Below, piece after piece: positions 1 to 9,211 of a stretch of 64,000 nucleotides of DNA. The stretch comes from Myxococcota bacterium (lineage in GTDB: Bacteria > Myxococcota > UBA4151), in assembly GCA_036338695.1 (NCBI GenBank), contig JAYZBQ010000060.1, forward strand, positions 1,302 to 65,301, written 5' to 3'. The position numbers and the translations under genes are program-made. Positions within the stretch are counted from its first letter, which is position 1. Each line of letters opens with the position of its first letter. The notes below the pieces were generated by a model. That model saw nothing but the letters and a program-made list of their open reading frames with translations. It was not told where the DNA came from and searched no databases.

Positions 1-2435
1 CCGAGCAATTTAAAGATGCGGCGCTTTTGGTACATCAAGCGGTCATCGAGCGCCGCAACCATCGGCTCGAGGTCCGCCTCGCCGGCTAGGTCCGCTTGAA
101 TACTCAGGCTCCGGTAGGCTCCTTGGAGCTCGTCCTCGAGGTGTTTGAGCACGCCGGCTTTGTTGGGCACGAGGCGTGGGTTGGAGGCGCGCAGTCGACC
201 CAGCGCGGTGGCGATGCGATAGCGCTGGATGCTGGTCTCTTTATCGAGCTGAGCGAGGAGCACGGCCGTGGCTTCGGCGGTGCCGATACCGCTTAGGATC
301 CGCGGGATCTGCGCACGGACATGGACGCTCTCATGCGGGTTGTCGATGACCTTGCCGAGCAGCGGGACGACGTCGTCTCCCATCCGCACCAGCGCACGCG
401 CTGCCGCTGCGGAGAGCCCGCGCCGGTCGAGGGCGTAGATCACCGAGGGGACGAGCTCGGGTGTGCCCATAGCGCCCGCTGCCTCGAGCGCAGCGCTTGC
501 GACGCGCGGGTCATCGTCGTTGATCAACCTGAGCACCGGTTGGTAGAAACTCGCTACCTTGATGGCTTCGAGGACCTGCGCGGCGCTGATTCGGTCCTCG
601 GCTGTGTCGCTGTCGAGCAGCCGCTTGAGCGGCTCCGCAGCCTTGAGAATTCCATCCAGGCCGCCGTGCTGGATCAGCCCGGCGATCGCCGCCTCACGGA
701 CCCGCGCGTCGGCGTCGTCCAAGAGCCCGGCGGTGGAGTCGATCGCCTTCTCGCGCGCAATCGCGCAGAACGACGTCGTCGCCGCCGAGCGCACCTCGGG
801 GTCCTCATCGACCAGGCGTCCATGTACGGCGTTCAGGTGCTGCCAAGCGCCGCGCCGACCGAGCGCAATGAGCGCGCCTTTGCGGATCGCCGCAAGCTCA
901 TGAGTGACGAGGTTGGCGAGCAGCTCATCGAGCCCTGGGCTGCGGACCTTCACGGCGATCTCGAGCCCGTTGAGGATCCGTCGCGACTCGGGCGACGCCA
1001 GCTCGCGCCGGAGGGTGCGGATGGTCTCGGGGTTGTCGAGGTTGGGCTCACCCGAGGCGAAGTCGAGACTCCGGCGAGCCAGTGTAGACATGAGCGTGCG
1101 GACGTACTCTTTGCGCACGCCGACGAGCAGGACGACCCAGAGCGCAGCGAAGATCAGCGTCCCCCAGCCGATGTGGCTGACGTGCTGGTCTTTGAGCCCG
1201 ATGATGTTGGTCAAGAGCAAGAGCATCAGCCCTGCGGCGCCGATAGCGAAGGGTTTGAGGATGCCGTCGATGAAGGCTTTGGCACGCGAGCGAACCGCCG
1301 CCGCGATCGGCGTGTACATCAGCTGCATCGTCGAGTCGTAGACGGTGTAGCGTAAGCCCATGCTCGCGCCTTGGGCGATGCTGGCGACGATAAACAGGAC
1401 CGTTACGCCCGTCCCGAGCAGCCCGACCACCGCCAGCGCCGAGGACCCAAGGAGCAGCGCGACCGGTAGAATAAGCAGCGCTACCAAGACCCCGAAGTGC
1501 TCGAGCAGGCGCCGCGTGATCAAGAACTGGAAGAGGACCGAGATGATCCCGACGTAGCCGTAGAAGCTGCCGAAGAAGCCGCCGAGCTCGTCCGAACTCC
1601 CTTGGAACTCCTGCTGTGCGAGCGCTTTGAAGGTAAAGTCGATGAACTGGGTGGTCAGGAAGGTGATCATCACGATCAACGCGATGAAGCGAACGTGCTT
1701 GGTCGGAAGCGAGCGCCCAAGCATCGCCTGGAACCCCTTCTCCGCAGGGGGCGCATCGGCCTCCGATTTGCTCGCCGACTTCGTGCGGCGACCGGTAAAG
1801 GCCCGCTTGAGCGCCTCCCGCTCGGAGCGGCCGAGCACGATGACGCAGGCGATGCAGATCCCCAAGCAGATGGCGACGCCGAGGATGAGGTCTTGGGTCG
1901 GCAGCTCAAAGCGTTTGACCAGCGCCCGGCTCCCGAAGCCAAAGATGATGTTCGCCATGGTGCCGCCGCCGAGGATGAAGGGCAGCAGGCGCTTCGCCTC
2001 GCGGCTGGTGAAAATGTCCCCTGCGAAGGTGAAGAACTGGATCATGATGAAGGCGCCCATGACCTCGATCCAGACGTAGAAGAACGCAAAGAACCAATGG
2101 TTCCGGACCTCTCCTCCGCTGTTGATCGAGCCGATGAACAGCCAGCTCAGGATCATCGTCACCGTAAAGAAGCCGGTGAGACCGACGATCAGCTGGTCGC
2201 GCCGAAACCGCTCTGAGAACCGAGCGTAGATGATGCTGGGGAACGCCACTGCGGCGAAGACCGAGACGTAGAGCCAAGGCAGGATCGACAGGTCGGATTT
2301 GGAGAGGAAGAGCGCGTCACGCACGATGCGTCCGCAGATGAACCCGCCCACCACGTTGAGCGAATAGAAGAACATGATGTAGGCGCGCAGACCTTCACCG
2401 GTGCGGATGTGCAGTGCGCGCGAGAGCCAAGCCAC
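1..2435 (-). CDS. Nucleotide (ATP/ADP-type, TLC/NTT family) transporter fused to a C-terminal HEAT-repeat domain. 3' end runs off the window start. Likely GTG start at 2435, with an alternative ATG at 2375.
   Basis: Open minus-strand frame with no stop from about 2435 to base 1, absent from the ORF track because it is not closed. Translation begins VAWLSRALHIRTGEGLRAYIMFFYSLNVVGGF..., followed by about 12 hydrophobic segments typical of a TLC/MFS-like antiporter. The tail has repeated LVPSVIYALDRRG / DDDPRVASAALEA HEAT-like units. A GAGG RBS sits 7 nt before GTG 2435. Confidence 0.75.
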   Translation of the reverse strand, partial: MAWLSRALHIRTGEGLRAYIMFFYSLNVVGGFICGRIVRDALFLSKSDLSILPWLYVSVFAAVAFPSIIYARFSERFRRDQLIVGLTGFFTVTMILSWLFIGSINSGGEVRNHWFFAFFYVWIEVMGAFIMIQFFTFAGDIFTSREAKRLLPFILGGGTMANIIFGFGSRALVKRFELPTQDLILGVAICLGICIACVIVLGRSEREALKRAFTGRRTKSASKSEADAPPAEKGFQAMLGRSLPTKHVRFIALIVMITFLTTQFIDFTFKALAQQEFQGSSDELGGFFGSFYGYVGIISVLFQFLITRRLLEHFGVLVALLILPVALLLGSSALAVVGLLGTGVTVLFIVASIAQGASMGLRYTVYDSTMQLMYTPIAAAVRSRAKAFIDGILKPFAIGAAGLMLLLLTNIIGLKDQHVSHIGWGTLIFAALWVVLLVGVRKEYVRTLMSTLARRSLDFASGEPNLDNPETIRTLRRELASPESRRILNGLEIAVKVRSPGLDELLANLVTHELAAIRKGALIALGRRGAWQHLNAVHGRLVDEDPEVRSAATTSFCAIAREKAIDSTAGLLDDADARVREAAIAGLIQHGGLDGILKAAEPLKRLLDSDTAEDRISAAQVLEAIKVASFYQPVLRLINDDDPRVASAALEAAGAMGTPELVPSVIYALDRRGLSAAAARALVRMGDDVVPLLGKVIDNPHESVHVRAQIPRILSGIGTAEATAVLLAQLDKETSIQRYRIATALGRLRASNPRLVPNKAGVLKHLEDELQGAYRSLSIQADLAGEADLEPMVAALDDRLMYQKRRIFKLL

Positions 2436-2512
2436 GAGCTACCTCATCAAAGACGTTCGACCCTAGGAACTGCGAACCCTTTGGTCAATGGAGCGCACGA
2501 CCCCCGAGCGCG

Positions 2513-3394
2513 CTATCGTGCGCTCGTAAGTTCGTCGAGATACGCTTGGAGCGCCTGGTTGCATTCGTCTGGGAACTCGAGCGGGCCGGCGTGGCTTGCG
2601 CCTTCGATCACGACCAGGCGGCTGTCGGGCAGGGTTTTGTGCATCGACCGGCTCAGCCGAGGGGGGGTGAAGGAGTCCGAGTCGCCGGCCAGCACGAGGG
2701 TGGGGACCCGAACATCCATGAGCCACGGCCGGGCGTCATGCTCTGCAGCCTGGGCTAGGACGGCGAGGAAGTCCTCAGGGTCCATCTGTGAGAGCCGCTC
2801 AAGGTAGGGCATGAAATCGATGGGGCGAATGCGCATGGCGTTTAGCTCGGTCATCAAGCCGACGGCGAGGCCAAAGCGCGTCGGCATCGCGTGCTTCCAG
2901 ATGACCTCAAAGAGGCTCTTTTGGCTTTTGAGCGCCACCCGCAGCGCAGGCAGGTAGCGACCGAGGCGGTCGTTGCCTCCGTACTGGTCCAGCACCCTGC
3001 CGGCGGCGCCAAAGATGATCACCAGCCCGCGTGCGCTCAAGCCGTCACGCAGGGCTTGCAGGTTGACCTGCACGCCCATCGAGTGCCCGAGGACCAAGGG
3101 GTCGGTGACGTCGAGCTCGCGGCACAGCTTGATCAGGTGGGCGGCGAAGAACTCGATGGTGAGTGTCTGCGGCGACGCGGCTCGGTCGGAGAACCCATGC
3201 CCAGGGTAGTTCCAGTGCAGGACACGGTACCCGTTCTTGACGAGCTGCGGGATGATGTAGCGCCACATGTAGCCGTCGCAGCCGATCCCATCGCTCAGGA
3301 TCGCCCAAGGCTGCCCAGGCTGCCCCGCCACGCGGTAGTACAGCCGCGTGCCGTCAGCCCCTGTGAATCGCTTTTCCCGCCAGTCGATCGTCAC
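2513..3394 (-). CDS. alpha/beta-fold hydrolase
   Basis: 293-aa ORF with the nucleophile elbow GHSMG and overall alpha/beta hydrolase layout. Codon position 3 is GC-rich. Confidence 0.85.
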   Translation of the reverse strand: MTIDWREKRFTGADGTRLYYRVAGQPGQPWAILSDGIGCDGYMWRYIIPQLVKNGYRVLHWNYPGHGFSDRAASPQTLTIEFFAAHLIKLCRELDVTDPLVLGHSMGVQVNLQALRDGLSARGLVIIFGAAGRVLDQYGGNDRLGRYLPALRVALKSQKSLFEVIWKHAMPTRFGLAVGLMTELNAMRIRPIDFMPYLERLSQMDPEDFLAVLAQAAEHDARPWLMDVRVPTLVLAGDSDSFTPPRLSRSMHKTLPDSRLVVIEGASHAGPLEFPDECNQALQAYLDELTSAR

Positions 3395-3457
3395 CGCACC
3401 GCCCCTTGGTTATTGCTCTAGATCAAACCCTGTGAGGACGCTAGGAGGAGCGTACTC

Positions 3458-4441
3458 ATGAAAGGGGGGGTCATGCGTCGAATTCGTGCGGAGCGCCTCC
3501 TGTTCGTGGTCTCGCTGATCTCGCTGCTGGCGCTGGTGGCGTGGTGGACCGTGTTGATGAGTCGCTCGCTCGAGCAGAACTATGCGTACCGCGTCGCTGA
3601 GCTGTCCGCGGTCGCCAGCGATGCGACGCATCCCGAGCGCGTGGCGCTCGCCGCTTGGTATGAACGCCGCCGGTTGATGGTGTACGGTGAGGGCGGTTTG
3701 CTGGTGATCCTGACGGCGATCTGCTGCTTTATGCTCGTTCGGCTCGCCGCCGAGCAACGTCGCTACCGACAGCAGCTCGAAGCCTTCGTGGGGCAAGCGA
3801 CTCATGAGATGAAGACCCCGCTTGCGGGGTTGCGTGCCCTGCTTCAGACCATCGAGCTTGGCCGCATGCCCGAGGAGCAGCTGGGTGATGCGGTACGGCT
3901 GGGGCTCGATCAGATCGCCCGGCAAGAGCGGCTCATCCAAAACCTCCTCATGGGGCACCGCATCCGGTTCGCTCAAGGCGACTTCACGTGCCGCGCCACC
4001 CCCGTCAAACCGTTAATCGAGCGCTTGCTGCGCGAACGCAGCGGAGCCGGCGCACGAGGTTGCCAGTTTGAGCTGGTCGAGCCAGCACAGGCGACCGCGC
4101 TCGCAGACGCCGAAGCGCTGCAGACGATTCTCGAGAACTTGTTTGAGAACTCGGTGCTTTATGGCGCGAGTCAGGTCGAGGTCTCGGTGGTGCGCGAAGC
4201 GGCGCAGCTCTTGATCCATGTTCGCGACAACGGCGACGGCTTTGGTCCGGCGCGGCGAGATGAGCTCTTTGAACCCTACACGAGGGGCTCCACGGCGGCG
4301 CGCGGGACCGGGCTTGGTCTGCCGTTGTCCCGCTCGCTGGCGGAGGCCATGGGCGGGCGACTCGATGGGGTGAGTGAGGGCGAGGGGCTCGGGGCGACGT
4401 TTACGGTGAGCCTGAGCGCAGCAACCGGAGAGGGGGCGTGA
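3458..4441 (+). CDS. Sensor histidine kinase with two N-terminal TM helices separated by a short loop (intramembrane-sensing type).
   Basis: H-box ATHEMKTPL, N-box LENLFENSVLYG, G1 VRDNGDGFG and G2 GTGLGL. AGGAGG RBS 9 nt upstream. Stop overlaps the regulator start (ATGA). Confidence 0.85.
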   Translation: MKGGVMRRIRAERLLFVVSLISLLALVAWWTVLMSRSLEQNYAYRVAELSAVASDATHPERVALAAWYERRRLMVYGEGGLLVILTAICCFMLVRLAAEQRRYRQQLEAFVGQATHEMKTPLAGLRALLQTIELGRMPEEQLGDAVRLGLDQIARQERLIQNLLMGHRIRFAQGDFTCRATPVKPLIERLLRERSGAGARGCQFELVEPAQATALADAEALQTILENLFENSVLYGASQVEVSVVREAAQLLIHVRDNGDGFGPARRDELFEPYTRGSTAARGTGLGLPLSRSLAEAMGGRLDGVSEGEGLGATFTVSLSAATGEGA

Positions 4442-5142
4442 GTTCGATGCGCGTGTTACTGGTTGAGGATGATCTACTGACCGCTAACATGGTCCAGGTG
4501 AACCTAGAGCACGAGGGGTTCGCCGTCACGGTCTGCCGGGACGGAGCGGAGGGTCTGGCTGCGCTTGAGTCGTCCAGCTACGACCTGTTTGTCTTTGATC
4601 TCATGTTACCGATTCATGCAGGCACTGAGCTCGTCGCGCGCGCACGCTCCCTCGGTCTCGGCACGCCGATCCTGATGCTCACCGCGCGCGCCGAGATGGC
4701 GCTCAAGGTCGAGGCGTTAGAGCTCGGCGCCGATGACTACCTGACCAAACCGTTCTACGTCCCCGAGTTGATCGCACGCGCTCGGGCGCTCATCCGGCGC
4801 TCGCAGTCTTCGGTGGAGGCGCCATCAGACCGCTGCTTTTACATGGGCGGCGCGCTCGTCGATTTGGATCGTCAGACGATCACGAAACCGGGCGGAGAGG
4901 TCGAGACCGTCGGCGAGCGTGAGATGAACATGCTGGCGCTTTTTGCTCGCGAGCCTCGGCGCGTCCTGAGCCGCGCCGATATTCTTGAAGAGGTGTGGGG
5001 GATGGAGAAATTCCCGAGCGAGCGGACCGTGGACAACTATGTGGTCCGGCTGCGTCGTCTGGTCGAGCAGGTGCCCGACGAGCCGAGGGTCCTAGTCAGC
5101 GTGCGCGGTCGCGGGTACCGTTATGACCCTGTCGATGGCTGA
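4438..5142 (+). CDS. OmpR/PhoB-family response regulator (REC plus winged-helix)
   Basis: REC motifs DLVFDLMLP and LMLTAR, C-terminal winged-helix (RTVDNYVVRLRRL...GRGYRY). Translationally coupled to the upstream kinase. Confidence 0.9.
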   Translation: MSSMRVLLVEDDLLTANMVQVNLEHEGFAVTVCRDGAEGLAALESSSYDLFVFDLMLPIHAGTELVARARSLGLGTPILMLTARAEMALKVEALELGADDYLTKPFYVPELIARARALIRRSQSSVEAPSDRCFYMGGALVDLDRQTITKPGGEVETVGEREMNMLALFAREPRRVLSRADILEEVWGMEKFPSERTVDNYVVRLRRLVEQVPDEPRVLVSVRGRGYRYDPVDG

Positions 5143-5154
5143 CGTGATCGGATC

Positions 5155-7599
5155 ATGAGGCCCCTCTCAACGCTCGCGCTGCTGGGAGCGCTTGGTTGCA
5201 GCGGCGAAGTACTGCCCTTGCTTCCGGACGGCGCGCCGGCGCGGGATGTCTGCGGGAACAACGTCGTCGAGGGCTCTGAAGCCTGCGATGATGGAAACCG
5301 TAACGACAACGACGGCTGCTTGAACACCTGCCGCTTGGCGACCTGCGGCGACGGGGTCGTGCGCGTGGACGTCGACTCGCAGTCCGAAGGCTTTGAAGCG
5401 TGCGATGACGGCAACGCGCTCAACACGGACGGTTGTCTTGCGACCTGCCGGTTACCGGGCTGCGGCGATGGTTACCTGCGTAACGATCTCGAGCCGTCGG
5501 ACCCCGCCTTTGAGCAATGTGATGACGGCAACAGCGACCCGAGCGACGGCTGTCACCGCTGCCGCGTCGGCTGCGGTAACGGGGTGGTGGAAGCGGGCGA
5601 GGCTTGTGATGACGGCAACGACGTTGAGACGGACGGGTGCACGAACACGTGCGCTGCCGCCCTCTGCGGCGACGGGATCCGGCGCGCCGACGTCGAGGCG
5701 GATGACCCGGCCTACGAAGAGTGTGATGACGGCAACTCGGTCGACACGGACGGCTGCACCCGGACCTGCCGCAACCCCTCCTGTGGTGACGGCTTCATCA
5801 ACGGTGAGGAGGCCTGCGACGACGGCAACGACGACAACACGGACGCCTGCACCAACGACTGCGCCATCGCCCGATGCGGCGACGGGCACCGACGCCTCGA
5901 CGTCGGCGGAGGTCGAGAGGGTTTTGAGGAGTGCGACGACGGCAACGAGGACGACAGCGACGACTGCGTGGGGGGGTGTCGCCTCCGTCGCTGCGGTGAC
6001 GGCTTCGTTGCGACGCTGCACGAGGGCTGTGATGACGGCAACGAGGACGAGGATGACGGCTGCCTGAGCAGCTGTCGGCTGGCGACCTGCGGTGATGGTG
6101 TCATCGATGAGGGGGAGCTTTGCGACGACGGCAACGAGGTGGACACCGATGCGTGCACGGGATGGTGCCTCCCGGCTCGCTGCGGTGACGGCTTGGTGCG
6201 CCAGGACCTTACGGAGGACCACCCGCGCTTTGAAGCCTGCGATGACGGCAACGCCGTGGAAGCGGATGGCTGCCTCAACACCTGCCGCCTTGCGACCTGC
6301 GGTGACGGGGTGGTGCGGCGAGACCTTGCGCGCCGCGTGCCTGGCTTTGAGGACTGCGACCCTGCGGACCCGCTGACGGCGGAAGGTTGCATCGATTGCC
6401 GCCGAGGCTGCGGTGATGGCGTGGTGGATGCCCAGGCGGGAGAGGTCTGCGATGACGGCGACGACGACGACGCCGACGGATGCCGAAATGACTGTCAGGT
6501 GGCGGTTTGCGGTGACGGCGTGGCGCGCCTCGACGTGCTCGAGGGGCACCCCGAGTACGAGGCTTGCGACGACGGCAACACCGAGACGGGTGATGGGTGC
6601 CGGGGCGACTGTTCGCTGATCGAGGTGACCGATGTCTGGGCAGGGGTCAACATCACCTGCGCCGCCTTTGGCGACGGGTCCGCACGCTGCTGGGGTTCGG
6701 GGGATGCCGATCTGAAAAATTGGGTCGCCGGTCAGCGCAGCGTGCGGCGGGCGATCGTGCTCAACTTTGCGGTGGCTTGTGTGCTCAGGGTGAACGAGCA
6801 GATCGACTGCTACAATCGCTATCAGGCGCAGCCGAGCGAATTGACGCTGAGTCACTCGCAGGGACAGCCGATCCGTGAGTTTATCGACGTGGATGGCAGC
6901 TCCGAAGTGTTCTGCGCCTTGGCGCGCTCCGGTCGCGTCTATTGCCAGAAGCCAGGGCTCATGTTCCGCGGCCCTGGCTGGTGGGTTGTCACACCGGTCG
7001 CAACGAACAGCCTGTACTTAGCGATCGATACCAACACCAACGGGGCGTGCGGTCTGACTCGAAACGATCGCAGCGTCGAGTGCTGGGGGTACCGGGATAC
7101 CACCTATCAGCGGCGTCATGGTCCGATCGCCAATTCGCTCGGTGTGAGCGCCTTCTCGGTCTCGATTGGCGGTCTTGTGATGGTGGACGCCATGGGCGTC
7201 AGAGGGCGTGCGCACCAAGGATCTTTACCGCTGAGTCGTCAGAGCTGTGATCGAGCGCCGATGGATTATAATGCTTGGGGGGACGTCTCGCCGTGGCAAG
7301 CCCTGAGCCGCAGTGAGCAGGGCACATGCGGTATCACGGAGGCGGGCGAGGTGTACTGCGTGGGCTCGCGCGCCGGATTTCCCTGGGAGGGGAGTGGTCC
7401 GTGCATCAACGAGGGGCGTTACCTACCTCAACCGATTGCGTTACCAGATAACGAGCGAGCGGTTCAGCTGACGGCGGGTGCGCGCCACTATTGCGTCCGC
7501 ACCGATCAAGGCATGATGTACTGTTGGGGCTACAACAATGTTGGGCAGATCGGGCTCGGCGGCGGTGAGGCTGTCAGCCCGATAAGGGTTGCGCCCTAA
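5155..7599 (+). CDS. Secreted/lipoprotein with 13 tandem Myxococcus cysteine-rich repeats followed by an RCC1-like beta-propeller
   Basis: Signal peptide MRPLSTLALLGALGCSG. 13 units of CGDG-x-E-CDDGN-x3-DGC-x2-C between about aa 33 and 485. C-terminal repeats with CWGSG and YCWGYNNVGQIGLGG, typical of RCC1. Only 12 bp downstream of the response regulator. Confidence 0.85.
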   Translation: MRPLSTLALLGALGCSGEVLPLLPDGAPARDVCGNNVVEGSEACDDGNRNDNDGCLNTCRLATCGDGVVRVDVDSQSEGFEACDDGNALNTDGCLATCRLPGCGDGYLRNDLEPSDPAFEQCDDGNSDPSDGCHRCRVGCGNGVVEAGEACDDGNDVETDGCTNTCAAALCGDGIRRADVEADDPAYEECDDGNSVDTDGCTRTCRNPSCGDGFINGEEACDDGNDDNTDACTNDCAIARCGDGHRRLDVGGGREGFEECDDGNEDDSDDCVGGCRLRRCGDGFVATLHEGCDDGNEDEDDGCLSSCRLATCGDGVIDEGELCDDGNEVDTDACTGWCLPARCGDGLVRQDLTEDHPRFEACDDGNAVEADGCLNTCRLATCGDGVVRRDLARRVPGFEDCDPADPLTAEGCIDCRRGCGDGVVDAQAGEVCDDGDDDDADGCRNDCQVAVCGDGVARLDVLEGHPEYEACDDGNTETGDGCRGDCSLIEVTDVWAGVNITCAAFGDGSARCWGSGDADLKNWVAGQRSVRRAIVLNFAVACVLRVNEQIDCYNRYQAQPSELTLSHSQGQPIREFIDVDGSSEVFCALARSGRVYCQKPGLMFRGPGWWVVTPVATNSLYLAIDTNTNGACGLTRNDRSVECWGYRDTTYQRRHGPIANSLGVSAFSVSIGGLVMVDAMGVRGRAHQGSLPLSRQSCDRAPMDYNAWGDVSPWQALSRSEQGTCGITEAGEVYCVGSRAGFPWEGSGPCINEGRYLPQPIALPDNERAVQLTAGARHYCVRTDQGMMYCWGYNNVGQIGLGGGEAVSPIRVAP
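5251..6610 (+). repeat. Tandem array of about 13 degenerate 120-140 bp coding repeats (Cys-rich repeat units)
   Basis: Recurrent tgcggcgacggg ... tgcgatgacggcaac ... gacggctgc ... acctgccg blocks at nucleotide level. A paralogous array starts near 62000. Confidence 0.8.
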
Positions 7600-7691
7600 G
7601 GGGCTGGGGTAAAGGCTTTCCGTTAATCCGGTTGGCGCTTGCGAAGCGAAGCCGCTAGAGGCAAAGACTCGCCGTAAAAGGGGGCGACGCC

Positions 7692-8516
7692 ATGGACCCG
7701 ATCACGCTGGTGCCGACACCGGATCAGATCGCCAAGCCGCAACTGGCTGCGACCGTGATTTTGGTGCGCGACGGCATTAAAGGTCCTGAAGCTTTTCTGA
7801 TGCGGCGCTCGATGCAGAGCAGCTTCATGCCGGGAGCCTACGTGTTCCCGGGCGGCAAGGTGGACCCGGCGGATGCGCTGCTTGCGCAAGGCGCCCAAAG
7901 CCCTGCGTTCGTCGTCGCTGCCGTGCGCGAGCTCTTTGAAGAGGCTGGTGTGCTGCTCGCGCTCAACGAGGCCGGCGAATACCCGGCGCTCAATGAGTGC
8001 AGCGCCTACTGGCAAGCCCAGCGGGCGCGCATTCGCCAGGAGCCGGAGCTGTTTGGTGGGCTCTTGAAGAAGCACCGGCTCACCCTTGCCACCGAGCTCA
8101 TCAAGCCGTGGTCGTGGTGGATGACGCCGGTGATCGAGGCGCGCCGCTTCGACACGCGCTTCTTCATCGCCCGTTTACCGGCAGAACAGATCCCATTACA
8201 CGATGGGTTTGAGGCGACGGATAGCCTGTGGATGCCGGTCGGTCAGTGCGTCCTCGGGTACCAAGAGGGAGAGGTCACTATGGCGCCGCCGACCATGGCG
8301 ACGCTTGTGGAGATGAGCGGTCTCGCGACGGTCGATGCGCTCATGCAAGCTGCGCCTTATGACCGAGCGATGCGTTTTCCGTTCTTTGGGCAAGACAGTC
8401 GAGATCGCGCCGTGCTGCTGCTGCCCGGAGACCCGGACTATCCCAAAGAGCAGCCGGCGGTGCGAGGGCCGACGCGGGTCGTGCTCGAGAATGGCCGTTG
8501 GTGGGTCGTCTCATGA
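7692..8516 (+). CDS. NUDIX hydrolase
   Basis: Nudix box with GGKVD ... RELFEEAGVLL. 274 aa. Overlaps the rnc start by 19 nt. Confidence 0.8.
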   Translation: MDPITLVPTPDQIAKPQLAATVILVRDGIKGPEAFLMRRSMQSSFMPGAYVFPGGKVDPADALLAQGAQSPAFVVAAVRELFEEAGVLLALNEAGEYPALNECSAYWQAQRARIRQEPELFGGLLKKHRLTLATELIKPWSWWMTPVIEARRFDTRFFIARLPAEQIPLHDGFEATDSLWMPVGQCVLGYQEGEVTMAPPTMATLVEMSGLATVDALMQAAPYDRAMRFPFFGQDSRDRAVLLLPGDPDYPKEQPAVRGPTRVVLENGRWWVVS

Positions 8517-9211
8517 GCGGGTTTATTCAGCGCATCGAACAGCTGCTCGATCATCGCCCGCAGGACGTCGAGCGCGCAGCGGCGGCGCTGACGCACCCGA
8601 GCTACCTGCACCAGCATCCGGACGCCGGGGCGCACAATCAGAGGCTGGAGTTTTTGGGGGACGCTGTGCTCGGACTTATCGTCGCTGAGGAGATGTTCCG
8701 GCGGCTTGAAGGAGACGAGGGGAAGCTGACGCGTGCCCGCGCCTCGGTGGTCAGCACGGCGGCGCTGGCCGGCGCCGCGCGCCGGCTGATGCTGGGCGAT
8801 CTTTTGCGCATGAGCGATGCGGCGCAGCGCAGCGGCGACAACCAGCGCGACAAGGTGCTCGCAGACGCTTTTGAGTCGATGGTAGCGCTCGCCTATGAGG
8901 AGCTCGGTCTCGAGGGCGCACGCGCTTTTGTGCTCAGGCATCTGGCGCAGGAGCTCGACGTGGCGGCGCAGGGGGGCGCGGCGCTGACGAATCCGAAGTC
9001 GGCGTTGAGCGAGGCTTGCCAAGAGCGCAATGGGCAGCCGCCGGAGTATCGGCTGGTGGGGCGTACGGGGCCGGATCACGCGCCCGTCCACAAGGTGGTC
9101 GTGCTGTGGGGTCAAGAAGACGCTGTCTTTGGCGAGGGCGCCGGGCTAAAAGCGGCTCAGATGGACGCCGCCCAAGCGGCGATGTCGACGTGGTTCGGAG
9201 AGACGTCATGA
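8498..9211 (+). CDS. rnc: Ribonuclease III
   Basis: RNase III signature QRLEFLGDAVLGL. C-terminal dsRBD. ATGA overlap with era. Confidence 0.95.
   Translation: MVGRLMSGFIQRIEQLLDHRPQDVERAAAALTHPSYLHQHPDAGAHNQRLEFLGDAVLGLIVAEEMFRRLEGDEGKLTRARASVVSTAALAGAARRLMLGDLLRMSDAAQRSGDNQRDKVLADAFESMVALAYEELGLEGARAFVLRHLAQELDVAAQGGAALTNPKSALSEACQERNGQPPEYRLVGRTGPDHAPVHKVVVLWGQEDAVFGEGAGLKAAQMDAAQAAMSTWFGETS

Noticed and set aside
321-2216. Plus-strand ORFs 321..1355 (344 aa), 1497..2216 (239 aa) and nested ORFs
   Set aside because: They are antisense to the continuous minus-strand transporter frame. Their translations are Arg/Ala/Gly-rich with no motifs and have the typical shadow-ORF composition of high-GC DNA.
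5452-6855. 467-aa minus-strand ORF and several 200-aa ORFs inside the Cys-repeat gene
   Set aside because: Antisense shadow ORFs kept open by GC-rich repeats. Their translation is low-complexity A/V/T/R.
9016-9207. 64-codon N-terminal extension of era in the ORF track
   Set aside because: The extension is Arg/Gly-rich, overlaps rnc, and precedes the canonical Era N-terminus MSQF...GRPNAGKST, which has its own ATG overlapping the rnc stop.
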